A stretch of 64,000 bases of DNA from contig CP136572.1 in the NCBI GenBank assembly GCA_035193785.1, forward strand, positions 2,164,578 to 2,228,577, given 5' to 3'. Below are positions 35,380-46,371 of this stretch, piece after piece. Numbering within the stretch: position 1 is the first letter of the stretch; each line of letters starts with the position of its first letter. The notes beneath the pieces are model-generated. The model worked only from the letters and a program-made list of their open reading frames with translations, was not told where the DNA came from and ran no database searches. The position numbers and the translations under genes were made by a program. The DNA comes from Planktothrix sp. GU0601_MAG3 (GTDB lineage: Bacteria; Cyanobacteriota; Cyanobacteriia; Cyanobacteriales; Microcoleaceae).

Positions 35380-38044
35380 TTAATCCTCAAAAATATCTAA
35401 CTGTTCTACAGAATCATCTTTTTTGTCCTGTTTCTTAATTCCTTTTCTCAATCCCATGGCAATTTTACTATGCTTTTCAATTTGACGCATAACTTGTTTA
35501 GCCCGTTGAATTACAACATCCGGTAAACCCGCTAACCGTCCGGCTTCAATTCCATAGGATTTATCGGCGCCTCCGGGCTGAACTTGATGCAAAAATATAA
35601 TTTTATCGGGTAATTCTTTCACGGTAACTTGATAGTTAGCTACATTGGGAATAATTGAAGCGAGTTCATTTAATTCATGGTAATGGGTGGCAAAAATTGT
35701 CCGAGAACGAATTTCTGTGGCTAAATATTCCGCCACTGACCAAGCAATTGATAACCCATCAAAGGTAGCTGTCCCACGACCAATTTCATCTAGTAAAACT
35801 AAGGATTTAGGTGTCGCATGATTTAAAATATTAGCGGTTTCATTCATTTCTACCATAAACGTTGATTGACCTGTGGCTAAATCATCTACTGCTCCAACTC
35901 GGGTAAAAATGCGATCGCAAATTCCTAATTTAGCCGATTTAGCTGGAACAAAACTTCCCACTTGAGCTAATAATTGAATTAAGCCCACCTGTCGTAAATA
36001 ACAACTTTTGCCACTGGCATTTGGCCCGGTTAAAATAATTAAATCGGGGTGAGCATAGGGTTTAATTCCTGGGGTTTCTGACCCTTCTTCCTGACTTCCC
36101 AACTGAGCCGTATTCGGAACAAAAAACCCCGGGGGTAAGGATTTTTCCACCACGGGATGGCGACCTTCAATAATTTTAACTTCTCGACTATCTACCATTT
36201 CGGGACGACAATAACCTTGATAAACTGCAATATCTGCTAACCCAGATAAAACATCAATTGCAGCTACCGCCCGCGATACATCTCTAATCAATTCTGAGTG
36301 TTCTCCCACTTCTAATCTTAACCGCAGAAAAATCTCATATTCTAATTGGTTTAAATCGTCTTTTGCGGTTAAAATTCTGGCTTCTCGTTCCTTTAATTCC
36401 GGGGTAATAAATCGTTCTTCATTGGTTAAGGTTTGTTTCCTAATATAATCATTGGGAGCTTGATCTAATTTAGATCGTGTTATACTAATATAATATCCGA
36501 AAGATTTATTAAAACCTACTTTTAAAGTAGAAATTCCGGTGCGTTCCCGTTCTTGTACTTCCAAATTTGCTAACCATTGTTGATCGGCTTCTGCTAATAC
36601 CCGCAGCCCGTCTAATTGTTCATCCATTCCTGACCGAATAATTCCCCCTTCTTTCAAGTGTTGGGGCGGGGAGTCTACTAAATAGGATTGAATTTTATGG
36701 GCTAATTCTTCTAAGACGGGAGGGACGGTTTGTAGAGCTTTTAAGTAGGGAGAATTACCCCGACTGACTAAAACCGATAATTCCGGCAATTTGGCTAAGG
36801 AATCGGCTAAAGCCACTAAATCCCTGGCATTTGCCGTGCCATTTCCCGCCCGTCCCGTTAACCGTTCTAAATCGTAAATTTGCCGGAGTAATTGCTGTAA
36901 CTGATATCTTAATTCGTGGTTTTCAACTAACTCTTGAATTGTATCGTGACGCGCTCGAATTCCGCGCAGATCTAATAGGGGTTGTAATAGCCAACGACGC
37001 AACGCCCGACCCCCCATGGCGGTGCTAGTTTTATCTAAAGCCCATAATAAAGACCCGTGTAACGTCCCATCCCGAACGGTTTGGGTAATTTCTAAATTGC
37101 GGCGACTTTGATAATCTAAGATTAAATAATCGGTAATAGTATAGGTACGCAGTCGTTGTAGGGGAACTTGATTTTGCCGTTGAGTATCTTCTAAATAATC
37201 TAATAATCCTCCGGCGGCTCGCACTCCTAGGGGTAAATGATCACAGCCTAAACCTTCTAAAGAACGCAGTTGAAATTGTTCTAAAATTTGGTTTCTGGCT
37301 TCGGCTAAACTAAAGGGAAATTGCGATCGCAGGGAATAACAAAAACAATTGGGTAAACAATCGGGTAACTGATTGGATTTTTCCCCAGGACGTAACATTT
37401 TTCCTAAATCTGGGGCATTAATTGGAAACAACACTTCCGACGGTTGCAAACGCATTAACTCCTGGGTTAGTTGTTCCAAATTTTGGGATTGGGTGGTTAA
37501 AAATTCCCCCGTAGAAATATCAGAATAAGCCAACCCCCAATGATCTCCAGCAATCACAACTGCTGCCAAATAATTATTTTTACGACCCTTGAGCATTCCG
37601 TCATCCGTCAAAGTTCCAGGGGTTAAAATCCGGGTAATTTCTCGACGCACTTGGCGTTTTTCCCTAGCCGCAATTTCCGCATCTTCGACTTGATCACAAA
37701 TCGCCACCGCATAGCCCTTTTCTAATAGCATGGTAGCATAGCGTTCTACTGCATGATGGGGAACACCCGTCATCGGAACTCGTCCGATTTCTTTGCCCGC
37801 GTGTTTTGCCGTTTGCACTAATTCCAATTCTTGCGCTATTGTGATAGCATCCTGAAAAAAACACTCAAAGAAATCTCCCACCCGAAATAATAGTAAGGCA
37901 TGGGGATATTGTTCTTTGACTTCGATATAGCGGTGCATCATTTCTGATAACTTTTCCCGGTCAAGCTGGCGATAGTCTGCATTGGGCGGAAGCGAATTTT
38001 CGGGAAACTGAAGGTGTAGAGGACGCACTGGGAGGAACGCTCAT
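35380..38044 (-). CDS. mutS: DNA mismatch repair protein MutS
   Basis: [40 protein letters not shown] and QLDIF clamp-binding motif; ATG at 38044 is in frame after the fix at 38004. Confidence 0.97.
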
Positions 38045-38134
38045 AGTTTTTTGAAGATGCAAGCCAGGACTAACTTTTAAGACTTTAGCGCGTTTAGTAC
38101 CTTTCTGCCAACAGGTAGCACTTTGGCATAAACT

Positions 38135-40069
38135 TTGACTTATGAAAATCTTCGCCTATCCCAGTCGTCAGACTGTGTTTTTCAAGTGAGAATTGATCGT
38201 ATTTTATCTAAAAACCTAGCTTTTCAAGTCGCTGGTATTTACGCCTTTCTCGGTAGTATTTGGATTTTTTCATCCGATCAACTACTGCAATTTGTTGCAT
38301 CTAATACCCAATCTTTGATTCTTATTTATAATATTAAAGGAGGATTTTTTATTGTCATTACGACTACTATCCTCTACTTTTTTGTGCGGTTAGGAACTCA
38401 TCGTTTGGAGAATTCAGAACAGCGATATCGAAGTTTATTTTCTGCCCATCCCCAACCGATGTGGGTTTATGATCTCAAAACCCTTAACTTTCTAGCGGTT
38501 AATGAAGCCGCCATTCAACATTATGGCTATTCAGAGGCCGAATTTCTTTCGATGAAAATTACAGAAATCCGACCTCCTGAAGAAATTCCACAACTCTTAG
38601 AAAGTCTATCTAAAATTCAGATGGGATTGAATCGAGTGGGACTTTGGCGACATCACAAAAAAGATGGTACATTAATCAGTGTAGAAGTAACGGGTCATAC
38701 TTTAGAATGGAAAGGGCGATTTGCTGAAGTCATTCTCGCAGAAGATATTACGGAACAGCTACAAACTAAAACCCAATTAGAACACTATGCTTTTAGTGAT
38801 TTACTCACCGGATTAGCCAATCGTAGTTTATTATTAGAAAACCTACAATTTGCGATTAATTACCCCTTCAAAAAATCTAATAATTTTGCAGTTTTATCCT
38901 TAGATATTGATCGATTTAAGCCCCTAAAATATGCCTTTGGTCATGCCTTGGCAGAACAACTATTAATTGCCGTTGCCGAGCGTCTTAAAACCTTTGTTAG
39001 TCCCCGAGATATCGTTGCCCGAGTCGGAACCGATGAATTTGCAATTTTATTTACTGATATTGACGATTATGATATTTTAACCGAAAAAATTGAACGAATT
39101 CATGCTGCTTTAGATTTTCCCTTTCGGTTAGATATGGTGACGATTTCATCGGCGACCAGTATTGGTGTGGTTTTAGATGATTTCCAGAGTCAACGTCCAG
39201 AAGATTATCTACAAGCCGCCGATACTGCTATGTATTATGCCAAACAAAAAGGACGAGGAACAACGGTATTTTATGAACCTACCATGGCAAAAGTTGTGGC
39301 GGAACATCTGCAATTAGAAGCGGATTTACAACGGGCAATTGAGCGTCAACAACTGAGTTTAAATTATCAACCGATTGTTTCCTTAGTAACTCAAAAAGTG
39401 GTGGGTTTTGAAGCCTTAGTGCGTTGGCATCATCCCCAACGGGGGTTTGTCTCTCCAGTCCAATTAATTAGTTTAGCTGAAAAAGCGGGGTTAATTGTCT
39501 CCATGGGACAATGGGTTTTATCCCAAGCTTGTCAACATTTATTAGAATGGCAAACCCAGTTTCCTGATTTATATGTGAGTGTTAATCTTTCGGAAATTCA
39601 GTTAAGACATCCGAGTTTAATTCAGGAAGTTAAACGGGTTTTAGATTCTTTAGAACTTCCTCCTTTTAGTCTAAAATTAGAAATTACAGAGAGTAGTTTA
39701 ATGGAGAATATCAATCATGCAACCGGATTATTAGAACAGTTAAAAGCTCTCAAAATTCGATTGTTAATTGATGATTTTGGCACGGGATATTCTTCCTTGA
39801 GTTATTTACAAAAGTTGCCCGTAGATACCTTAAAAATAGATCGCTCCTTTGTCCAAAATATCGAAATTGAAAATAAGGATTTTGAGATTGCTAAAACTAT
39901 TGTTAATTTAGCTCATAGTTTGGGCTTAAAAGTTGTAGCAGAGGGACTTGAAACCTCACAACAAGTTAAAATTTTTCAGCAACTTGGCTGTGACTTTGGA
40001 CAGGGATATTTATTCTCTCCTCCCCTAAACCCAACGGAGGTGATAAATTTTATTAACCAAAATCATTGA
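38135..40069 (+). CDS. Membrane PAS-GGDEF(degenerate GTDEF)-EAL protein
   Basis: 2 TMs, PAS, DLLTGLANR, GTDEF, GFEALVRW and DDFGTGYSSL; start codon uncertain. Confidence 0.9.
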   Translation: MTYENLRLSQSSDCVFQVRIDRILSKNLAFQVAGIYAFLGSIWIFSSDQLLQFVASNTQSLILIYNIKGGFFIVITTTILYFFVRLGTHRLENSEQRYRSLFSAHPQPMWVYDLKTLNFLAVNEAAIQHYGYSEAEFLSMKITEIRPPEEIPQLLESLSKIQMGLNRVGLWRHHKKDGTLISVEVTGHTLEWKGRFAEVILAEDITEQLQTKTQLEHYAFSDLLTGLANRSLLLENLQFAINYPFKKSNNFAVLSLDIDRFKPLKYAFGHALAEQLLIAVAERLKTFVSPRDIVARVGTDEFAILFTDIDDYDILTEKIERIHAALDFPFRLDMVTISSATSIGVVLDDFQSQRPEDYLQAADTAMYYAKQKGRGTTVFYEPTMAKVVAEHLQLEADLQRAIERQQLSLNYQPIVSLVTQKVVGFEALVRWHHPQRGFVSPVQLISLAEKAGLIVSMGQWVLSQACQHLLEWQTQFPDLYVSVNLSEIQLRHPSLIQEVKRVLDSLELPPFSLKLEITESSLMENINHATGLLEQLKALKIRLLIDDFGTGYSSLSYLQKLPVDTLKIDRSFVQNIEIENKDFEIAKTIVNLAHSLGLKVVAEGLETSQQVKIFQQLGCDFGQGYLFSPPLNPTEVINFINQNH

Positions 40070-40141
40070 AATAACCGCCCTAAATGTTCCGAACAAAACC
40101 GTTAAGATAAAAGAGGAAGTGGAGTAATCATTAAACATCCC

Positions 40142-40823
40142 ATGGCAAGAGGCGACCAAATCTATATTTTTCGGGAATTTTGGAACCTGGAGGGTTTATA
40201 TGAACATCATGGCATTGATTGTGGCGATGGTACTGTGATTCATTATCGCAAACCCAGCGAAATTATTGAACGGACTTCCATGGAAACTTTTTCCAGGGGT
40301 CAAAAGACTTATGTTCGACAGTATCCCATTCGTTATATTGCGGATACTGTGATTAACCGCGCCCAAAGTCGTTTAGGAGAAAAAAAATATAATCTCTTGT
40401 TTAATAATTGCGAACATTTTGCGACTTGGTGCATTACTGGGGAGAGTAAAAGTCAACAGGTTGAGCATTTTATTCCCCTGCTTCGTGATATTAATATTGA
40501 TACCTTATCTGAGCCTTTGAAACAAGCTTTTATGGGTAGTCAACCTCAAGATGCTAACCGACTTTTAAATCAAGCACTAGGGGAAATTCGCGTGGCTTGG
40601 GATGACGTTTCATCCTCAGTATAAACAAGCCCTGGATGAAATGAATTCTTGGAATCGAGTGGCGATGGAAGCCTTAAAACGAAATCGAGAAGATTTAGCA
40701 AAAGAAGCCATTAAGCGAAAACTTAATGCTAAAAAACGAGCCACGGAATTAGAGAAAAGTTTGGAAAAGTTAGCCACGATGACTCAAAATCTATTGCAAA
40801 ATCAAGTGGATAATAGGGAATAG
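40142..40823 (+). CDS. LRAT (permuted NlpC/P60) family protein with PspA-like C-terminal helix; apparent frameshift at 40607
   Basis: YEHHGID.GDG.VIHY and YNLLFNNCEHF; REDLAKEAIKRK. Confidence 0.8.
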
Positions 40824-41170
40824 GGATCGCGGATTTAGGAGGATTTCGCGGATTTCACGGATTTGAATCTGTGTTAATTTGCGTAATCCCCTTAAATCCG
40901 TGATTGGGGATGGGTGATAAGCTGATACAAAAAACCTTAGACGGATATTGTCTAAGGCTTTTTTGCAGATATAATATTTTTAACTGGGGCGAAGGGAATA
41001 GGGATCGCGGATTTAGGAGGATTTCGCGGATTTCACGGATTTGAATCTGTGTTAATTTGCGTAATCCCCTTAAATCCGTGATTGGGGATGGGTGATAAGC
41101 TGATACAAAAAACCTTAGACGGATATTGTCTAGGGCTTTTTTGCAGATATAATATTTTTAACTGGGGCGA
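40815..41170. repeat. 178-bp direct tandem duplication containing the tRNA-Gln 3' end and terminator
   Basis: 40815-40992 matches 40993-41170 with one substitution (A40955/G41133). Confidence 0.93.
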
Positions 41171-41233
41171 AAGGATTCGAACCTCTGGATGTCGGGACCA
41201 AAACCCGATGCCTTACCACTTGGCGACGCCCCA
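41162..41233 (-). tRNA. trnQ: tRNA-Gln(UUG)
   Basis: TGGGGCG acceptor stem, GCCAAGTGGTAAGGC D-arm, TTG anticodon loop and GGTTCGAATCC T-arm; CCA not encoded. Confidence 0.96.
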
Positions 41234-41423
41234 TTGCTTCACAGTTATTAATATTAGCACCACCTACCCGGTATTTGTCAAGGGTTTTTACTAAAAATTT
41301 TTCAGCATTCTTGAATAATTCTCTGAAACTATTAATATATAAGCCTTTCAGTCATTCTGCTCTTGGTATTGATTCTCAATGTGAGTCAGAATAAAGAGAA
41401 TTGATTTTAGGCCTTTATTGCTT

Positions 41424-41874
41424 ATGCTTCGTGATCGGCTCTTAACAGAGTTGTTTGTTGTGGTTGTTGTGCGTTTCTGACAACCGCTTTTTATTGATTC
41501 AGGAGGTCACGAGAAACAGTCCCTGGTATTTTCCAGGGGGACGAGTGGAAGCGGATGAAACCTTTGCTGCTGCGGCTCAACGGGAAACCCTGGAAGAAGC
41601 GGGAATTCCCGTCATCCTGGAGGGGATTTTGAGAATTCAGCATCTCCCCCATCCTACGGAAAAGTCCCGTCTGGGAGTCTTTTTTTTGGCCCGTCCTGAA
41701 GGTAACACTCAACCCAAAAGTCAACCAGATCAAGAAAGTTTAGGCGCGAAATGGTTTACTTTAAAGGAATTAGAAGAATTACCCTTAAGATCTGAATTTG
41801 TAAAAACGATTATTTCTGAAGTTTTAACCCAGGTGGAAATTTACCCCTTACAGTTAATTATACCCCAAAATTAG
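41424..41874 (+). CDS. NUDIX hydrolase; apparent frameshift at 41473
   Basis: PGGRVEADETFAAAAQRETLEEAG Nudix box. Confidence 0.88.
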
Positions 41875-41943
41875 GGAGTGAATAGAACTATAATTTCACT
41901 AAATCCCCCATCGAAAGATTTAATTTTATAAGTCAAATTACCC

Positions 41944-42825
41944 TTAACTATCGGCTTCTTTATAGGCTCGAATCATCGCCTGTGTCCCTTGATTTTCCCC
42001 TAATCCTTGGTCTAATTTTTGGACAATTTTAAATAGATGATCCGCTAATTCCGTACCCGGTAAAGCGGGATCGGAATTGAGAGTTTCTTGCACAATTCTG
42101 AGGTCTTTGAGGATATGTTTAATCATAAAACCCGGTGCAAAATCACTATTAGCGACTTTTAATCCTAAATTTGATAAAGCCCAAGACCCGGCGGCTCCGG
42201 TACTACAAATTTCAACTACTAAATTTGGATCAATTCCTTGTTTTTCGGCTAATAATAGGGCTTCACAAATGCCAACCATATTTAAAGAAGCTAAAACTTG
42301 ATTACATAATTTGACGGCTTGACCACTCCCCACTTTTCCACAATAACGAATTGTTTTTCCCATGGTTTCTAATAGGGGTTTTGCCGTTTCAAAGGTGTTT
42401 TGATCCCCTCCAACCATAATGGTTAATGTGCCGTTTTTTGCCCCAATATCACCTCCAGAAACCGGAGCATCTAAAAACTTAATTTGATGGGGTTCAAGCT
42501 GTTGAGCAATATGGCGGGCGGCTTCTGAACCAATGGTACTAAAATCTATAACAATTGCCCCGGATTTGGCAAAATGAACCACACCTTTTTCGCCTAATAT
42601 CACGGCTTCCACATCGGGAATATCGCTAACACAGGTAAAAATAATATCGACATCTGTAACGGCTTCTTGAATAGAAGAAACAATATTAGCACCCGCTTCG
42701 GATGCTATTTTAACACCCGGACGATCGCTTGTTCGATTCCAAGCCTTAACGGAATATCCTGACGTCGCGAGGTTGGCAGCCATGAAGCCACCCATCACTC
42801 CTAAACCTAAAAATGCTGTTTTCAT
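41944..42825 (-). CDS. NAD(P)-dependent beta-hydroxyacid dehydrogenase (3-hydroxyisobutyrate/tartronate semialdehyde reductase family)
   Basis: FLGLGVMG, DAPVSGG..GA..GTL and KLCNQ. Confidence 0.9.
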   Translation of the reverse strand: MKTAFLGLGVMGGFMAANLATSGYSVKAWNRTSDRPGVKIASEAGANIVSSIQEAVTDVDIIFTCVSDIPDVEAVILGEKGVVHFAKSGAIVIDFSTIGSEAARHIAQQLEPHQIKFLDAPVSGGDIGAKNGTLTIMVGGDQNTFETAKPLLETMGKTIRYCGKVGSGQAVKLCNQVLASLNMVGICEALLLAEKQGIDPNLVVEICSTGAAGSWALSNLGLKVANSDFAPGFMIKHILKDLRIVQETLNSDPALPGTELADHLFKIVQKLDQGLGENQGTQAMIRAYKEADS

Positions 42826-42974
42826 TTTCCTATTTTATTAAGTAGTTGCACAAAATAAATTACCTAGTTGGGAGAGGGAACACCGGATCTGGGTGGAGGA
42901 TTTATAATTAATTTTGTTTAGGTACTTAGCATAATTCTTGACTCTGTTTTGTCCTTCGGCCATATTCGGTTGGG

Positions 42975-43502
42975 CTAGACCCAGGGCTGTTTCATTCTTT
43001 GTAGGGGCAATCCCCCCGTGGTTGCCCCAATCCCCCCGTGGTTGCCCCAATCCCCCCGTGGTTGCCCCAATCCCCCCGTGGTTGCCCCAATCCCCCCGTG
43101 GTTGCCCCAATCCCCCCGTGGTTGCCCCAATCCCCCCGTGGTTGCCCCAATCCCTGAAACGCCTGCAAATCGGGGATGGGGAGGGTAGAGGGTAGGCACG
43201 GGGGCACTACCCCTACAAAACCCTGGTTTCCCTGAGAATGAAACAGCCCTGGGACTATCCCTAACCCGGGGATTAGGTTTGGGGGGTAATGGGGTAAACT
43301 GGTCTGCCTCAAATTCCAAGGGTTTGCTATTCTGGAATAGAGGATCTAAAATTTGGGGTTGATTCACAGATGCCAAGTGTAAGAGCAAAGTGCCACATTC
43401 AATACAGAATTTCCCTCGCTGAGAATTGTTGAATCCACAACTGGGGCAAACCCGATTGATCGTTGTTTCATCATCTGTATTTGAAACTGAAATTTTGCTC
43501 AT
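42975..43502 (-). CDS. Zinc-ribbon protein whose 3' part reads through the MITE (possibly disrupted)
   Basis: CPSCG..N...KFCIECG; the C-terminus is translated repeat sequence. Confidence 0.5.
   Translation of the reverse strand: MSKISVSNTDDETTINRVCPSCGFNNSQRGKFCIECGTLLLHLASVNQPQILDPLFQNSKPLEFEADQFTPLPPKPNPRVRDSPRAVSFSGKPGFCRGSAPVPTLYPPHPRFAGVSGIGATTGGLGQPRGDWGNHGGIGATTGGLGQPRGDWGNHGGIGATTGGLPLQRMKQPWV
42980..43253. mobile_element. MITE-like element with 19-bp terminal inverted repeats enclosing a GTAG-REP doublet and a 20-bp x7 tandem repeat
   Basis: CCCAGGGCTGTTTCATTCT (42980-42998) / AGAATGAAACAGCCCTGGG (43235-43253); GTAGGGGC at 43001 ... CCCCTAC at 43216; TCCCCCCGTGGTTGCCCCAA x7 at 43011-43150. 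Confidence 0.75.
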
Positions 43503-43638
43503 TTCCAACCTCTAAGGGGCTTAAACTAAGTTGAAATCCGAATATAGGGGGTTAACCAACTACTCCCTATAAAACTAAAGCCATAACATAATAAGATATC
43601 AATAATTTAAGTTCAGTATATAAGGTTTATTGGTAAAA

Positions 43639-45004
43639 ATGGGTATTGAACAGGATTACAACAAACAGTGCTTAGAAAGGCTAATTTGGGCGATGCAGAA
43701 GCTCAAGATCGAGATGGATTATACAGAAACTGCCTAAAATAGCAGAACTGATTGTACAAACCATGACCGGGCCTTGGCGCTATTTTCACACCCCCAATCA
43801 TATTTTTGAGGTGGGGGGGAAAGATGACCCGATTGAAGTTTTAGCCGCCCTGTTCCATGATGTTGTCTATGTGCAGGTGGATCAGAGTGTTAATTTTAAT
43901 TTGACCTATTATATTGCTCCTTTTGTGCGACAGGTGGGGGAACATTTGGTCATCCGTGATGATCAGGAATTACCCCAGGATCAGAGCTTTGATATGGTTA
44001 GACAAATCTTTGATTTTTTTCCAGGTCAAACTCTGTCTCCCATGGCGGGACAGAATGAATTTTTGAGTGCATTAGTGGCTAGTAAGGTCTTAGAACCTCT
44101 GTTATCTTTAGAATTATTAGCACAGGTAGTAGCTTGTATTGAAGCCACTATTCCCTTTAGAACAAAAACAGAATTGGGAAGTAATAGTGATATTTTATAT
44201 GGACGGTTACGCGCTGTTTGTGAACGGTTTAATTTGAAATTAACCGATGATGAGTTAATTGAAACTATCAGACGTTCTGTGAGAATTTCTAATCGAGATG
44301 TGGGAAGTTTTGCCCATGAGAGTGCGGCAAGATTTTTAGACAATACCTGGAATTTATTACCGGAAACTAATCACTATCTGAAAAATTCCAGTTCCTATAC
44401 GATTAATCAGTATCGGACAGCTTTGCAAAAAATGGAAGGGTTTATGAATTTTATTAAACCCGAAATTATTTTTCATCAGTTTCAAGGCTATCCTGATGAT
44501 GACATCTATAATAATCTAGTCGCCATGGCAAGAAAAAATATTGAGGTGGGGCGACTTTATTTGGTCAGTAAGTTATTTACGATTGCTTTTTTAGAAGCTT
44601 TATCCTTACGATTTGGCCGAGTAATTCCGGTTTCAACTTTAATGGGTGAAATGCCCTCGGAAGGATTTTCTGCGGTTTCTTTAGTGGATTTTCTGCCCCC
44701 CATTCCCCACCCCCACCAACCAACAACGGACTTGGAAAAACTGGTTTTGACGTTATTAGATGAAGGACGCACCCAAAGTTCATCCTATGATATTAAAAAT
44801 TCCCCATTAACGACTTATATGGTCAAATGTTTAGGGTTTGATGAAATTATCCATCAACGCAACCGCGCCCAACAATTTTTTCAGGATAAAATCAGTCATG
44901 AAGAATTTTTGGCGGGTTTTGATGCGGATGTCAAAAAAGCTGTCACCGATGGAATTCTTCAGTTATTTGACTCTCGGAAAGCTGCTCTTTGTCAATCTTT
45001 ATAA
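43639..45004 (+). CDS. Conserved hypothetical protein with HD-like metal-binding motif; apparent frameshift at 43726
   Basis: RYFHTPNH...LAALFHDVVY and RD motifs; ATG at 43639 joins the 413-aa ORF. Confidence 0.7.
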
Positions 45005-45012
45005 GAGGGAAG

Positions 45013-45057
45013 GGGGAATGGGTAATGGGGAATGGGTAATGGGTAATGGGTAATGGG
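45013..45057. repeat. STRR heptamer tract (ggg(t/g)aat)n
   Basis: About 6 copies between convergent genes. Confidence 0.8.
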
Positions 45058-45067
45058 GGTTTGTTTT

Positions 45068-46172
45068 TTATTGATTTGGAGAAGGTTTTGAACTCTTTTC
45101 AATCATTTTCACAATCCCAATTCCGCCAAAATAAAGCCCTAATATCGCCCCGGCTAATAAACTTTGGGTGAGGGGGTCGGTTGAGGGAGTTAACACTGCC
45201 CCTAATATCGCTCCTCCTAAGATAACATATCGCCAACCGGATAACATTTGCCCCGAAGATACGATTTTTAACCCGCCTAAAATAGCTTGAATGACGGGAA
45301 TTTGAAAGGCTATTCCGGTACAGAATAATAGGACTAAAACAAATTCAAAGTATTTTTCAATGGAAAAGAATTGTTCAACAACATCCGCCCCATAACTGAC
45401 AAAAAAGTTCAATGCTGCTGGAATCAAAGCCACATAAGCAAAGCCTAAACCCAATAAAAATAAGACACTCGAAACCTAATAAGGCGGGGACTAATAAACG
45501 GCGTTCTTTACGGGTTAATCCGGGTAAAACAAACATCGTAATTTGATATAATATAAACGGAGTGGCGACGACCAACCCACTATAACCAGCTACTTTTAAG
45601 GAAACAAAGAAATATTCTCCGGGGGCGAGTTGGACAAATTTAATTCCCGATGCGGGACGTTGTAATAACTGAACAATTGGATTAACAAAAGCAAAGCAAC
45701 CAATAATCCCAACGAAAACAGCAATCAGAGAATAAAAAATCCGTTGTCTTAATTCCTCTAAATGGTCGAAAAAACCCATCTCAACTTCGTCGGGAATTTC
45801 ATCAGCTTCATCGGTTGTAGTTTGACTGACAGGAAGATAAAACTGAGGTTGAGAGATTTGAGCTTCAGAAGATAACTGATTTTCCTTTTCTTCTTCCGAT
45901 TCAGTTATGGATTCCGAGGCCATCAAGTTAATATTATCTGCTTCGATAGATTCTGGGAAATTTTCAATTCCCTCATCTTCAATATCTGGCTGCAAAGATT
46001 CAGAAAGCGACTCAAGCCCATCAATGATTGATGAGTTAATATCTTGAGAAATAGCATCAAGATTAGAGAGAGGAGAGGGAGAGTTAGGAGAATTTTGTTC
46101 AGGATTTTCCGGTAAAACGGGGTTTAAGTTGGAGTTAGATTCCGGTGTCTCCAAATTTGAGGGAGGCGTCAT
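45068..46172 (-). CDS. tatC: Twin-arginine translocase TatC with long acidic N-terminal extension; apparent frameshift at 45471
   Basis: [29 protein letters not shown] and [10 protein letters not shown]. Confidence 0.93.
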
Positions 46173-46371
46173 AATTGTCAGTAAGCGTTAAACTAGGGTT
46201 AGAAATTACCCAATCTCGAGGGACGGGATTTTTGAAAACTCATTACAAATTTTTAGCCAACGTCTATTTTACTTCAGGATTTAGACGTTAGATTAGACAA
46301 CCACCAGGCGAAAACCGAGATAAACAAAGATTGATGTTAATTTCCTCCAATGATTTTTTTATCTTGAATCT

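Noticed and set aside
40815..41233. Prophage or genomic island at tRNA-Gln
   Set aside because: No integrase or cargo; only a 178-bp local duplication.
43011..43150. CRISPR array, or real proteins from the repeat ORFs (42938+, 42992-, 42838-)
   Set aside because: Perfect head-to-tail 20-mers without spacers; the ORFs arise because the repeat is stop-free.
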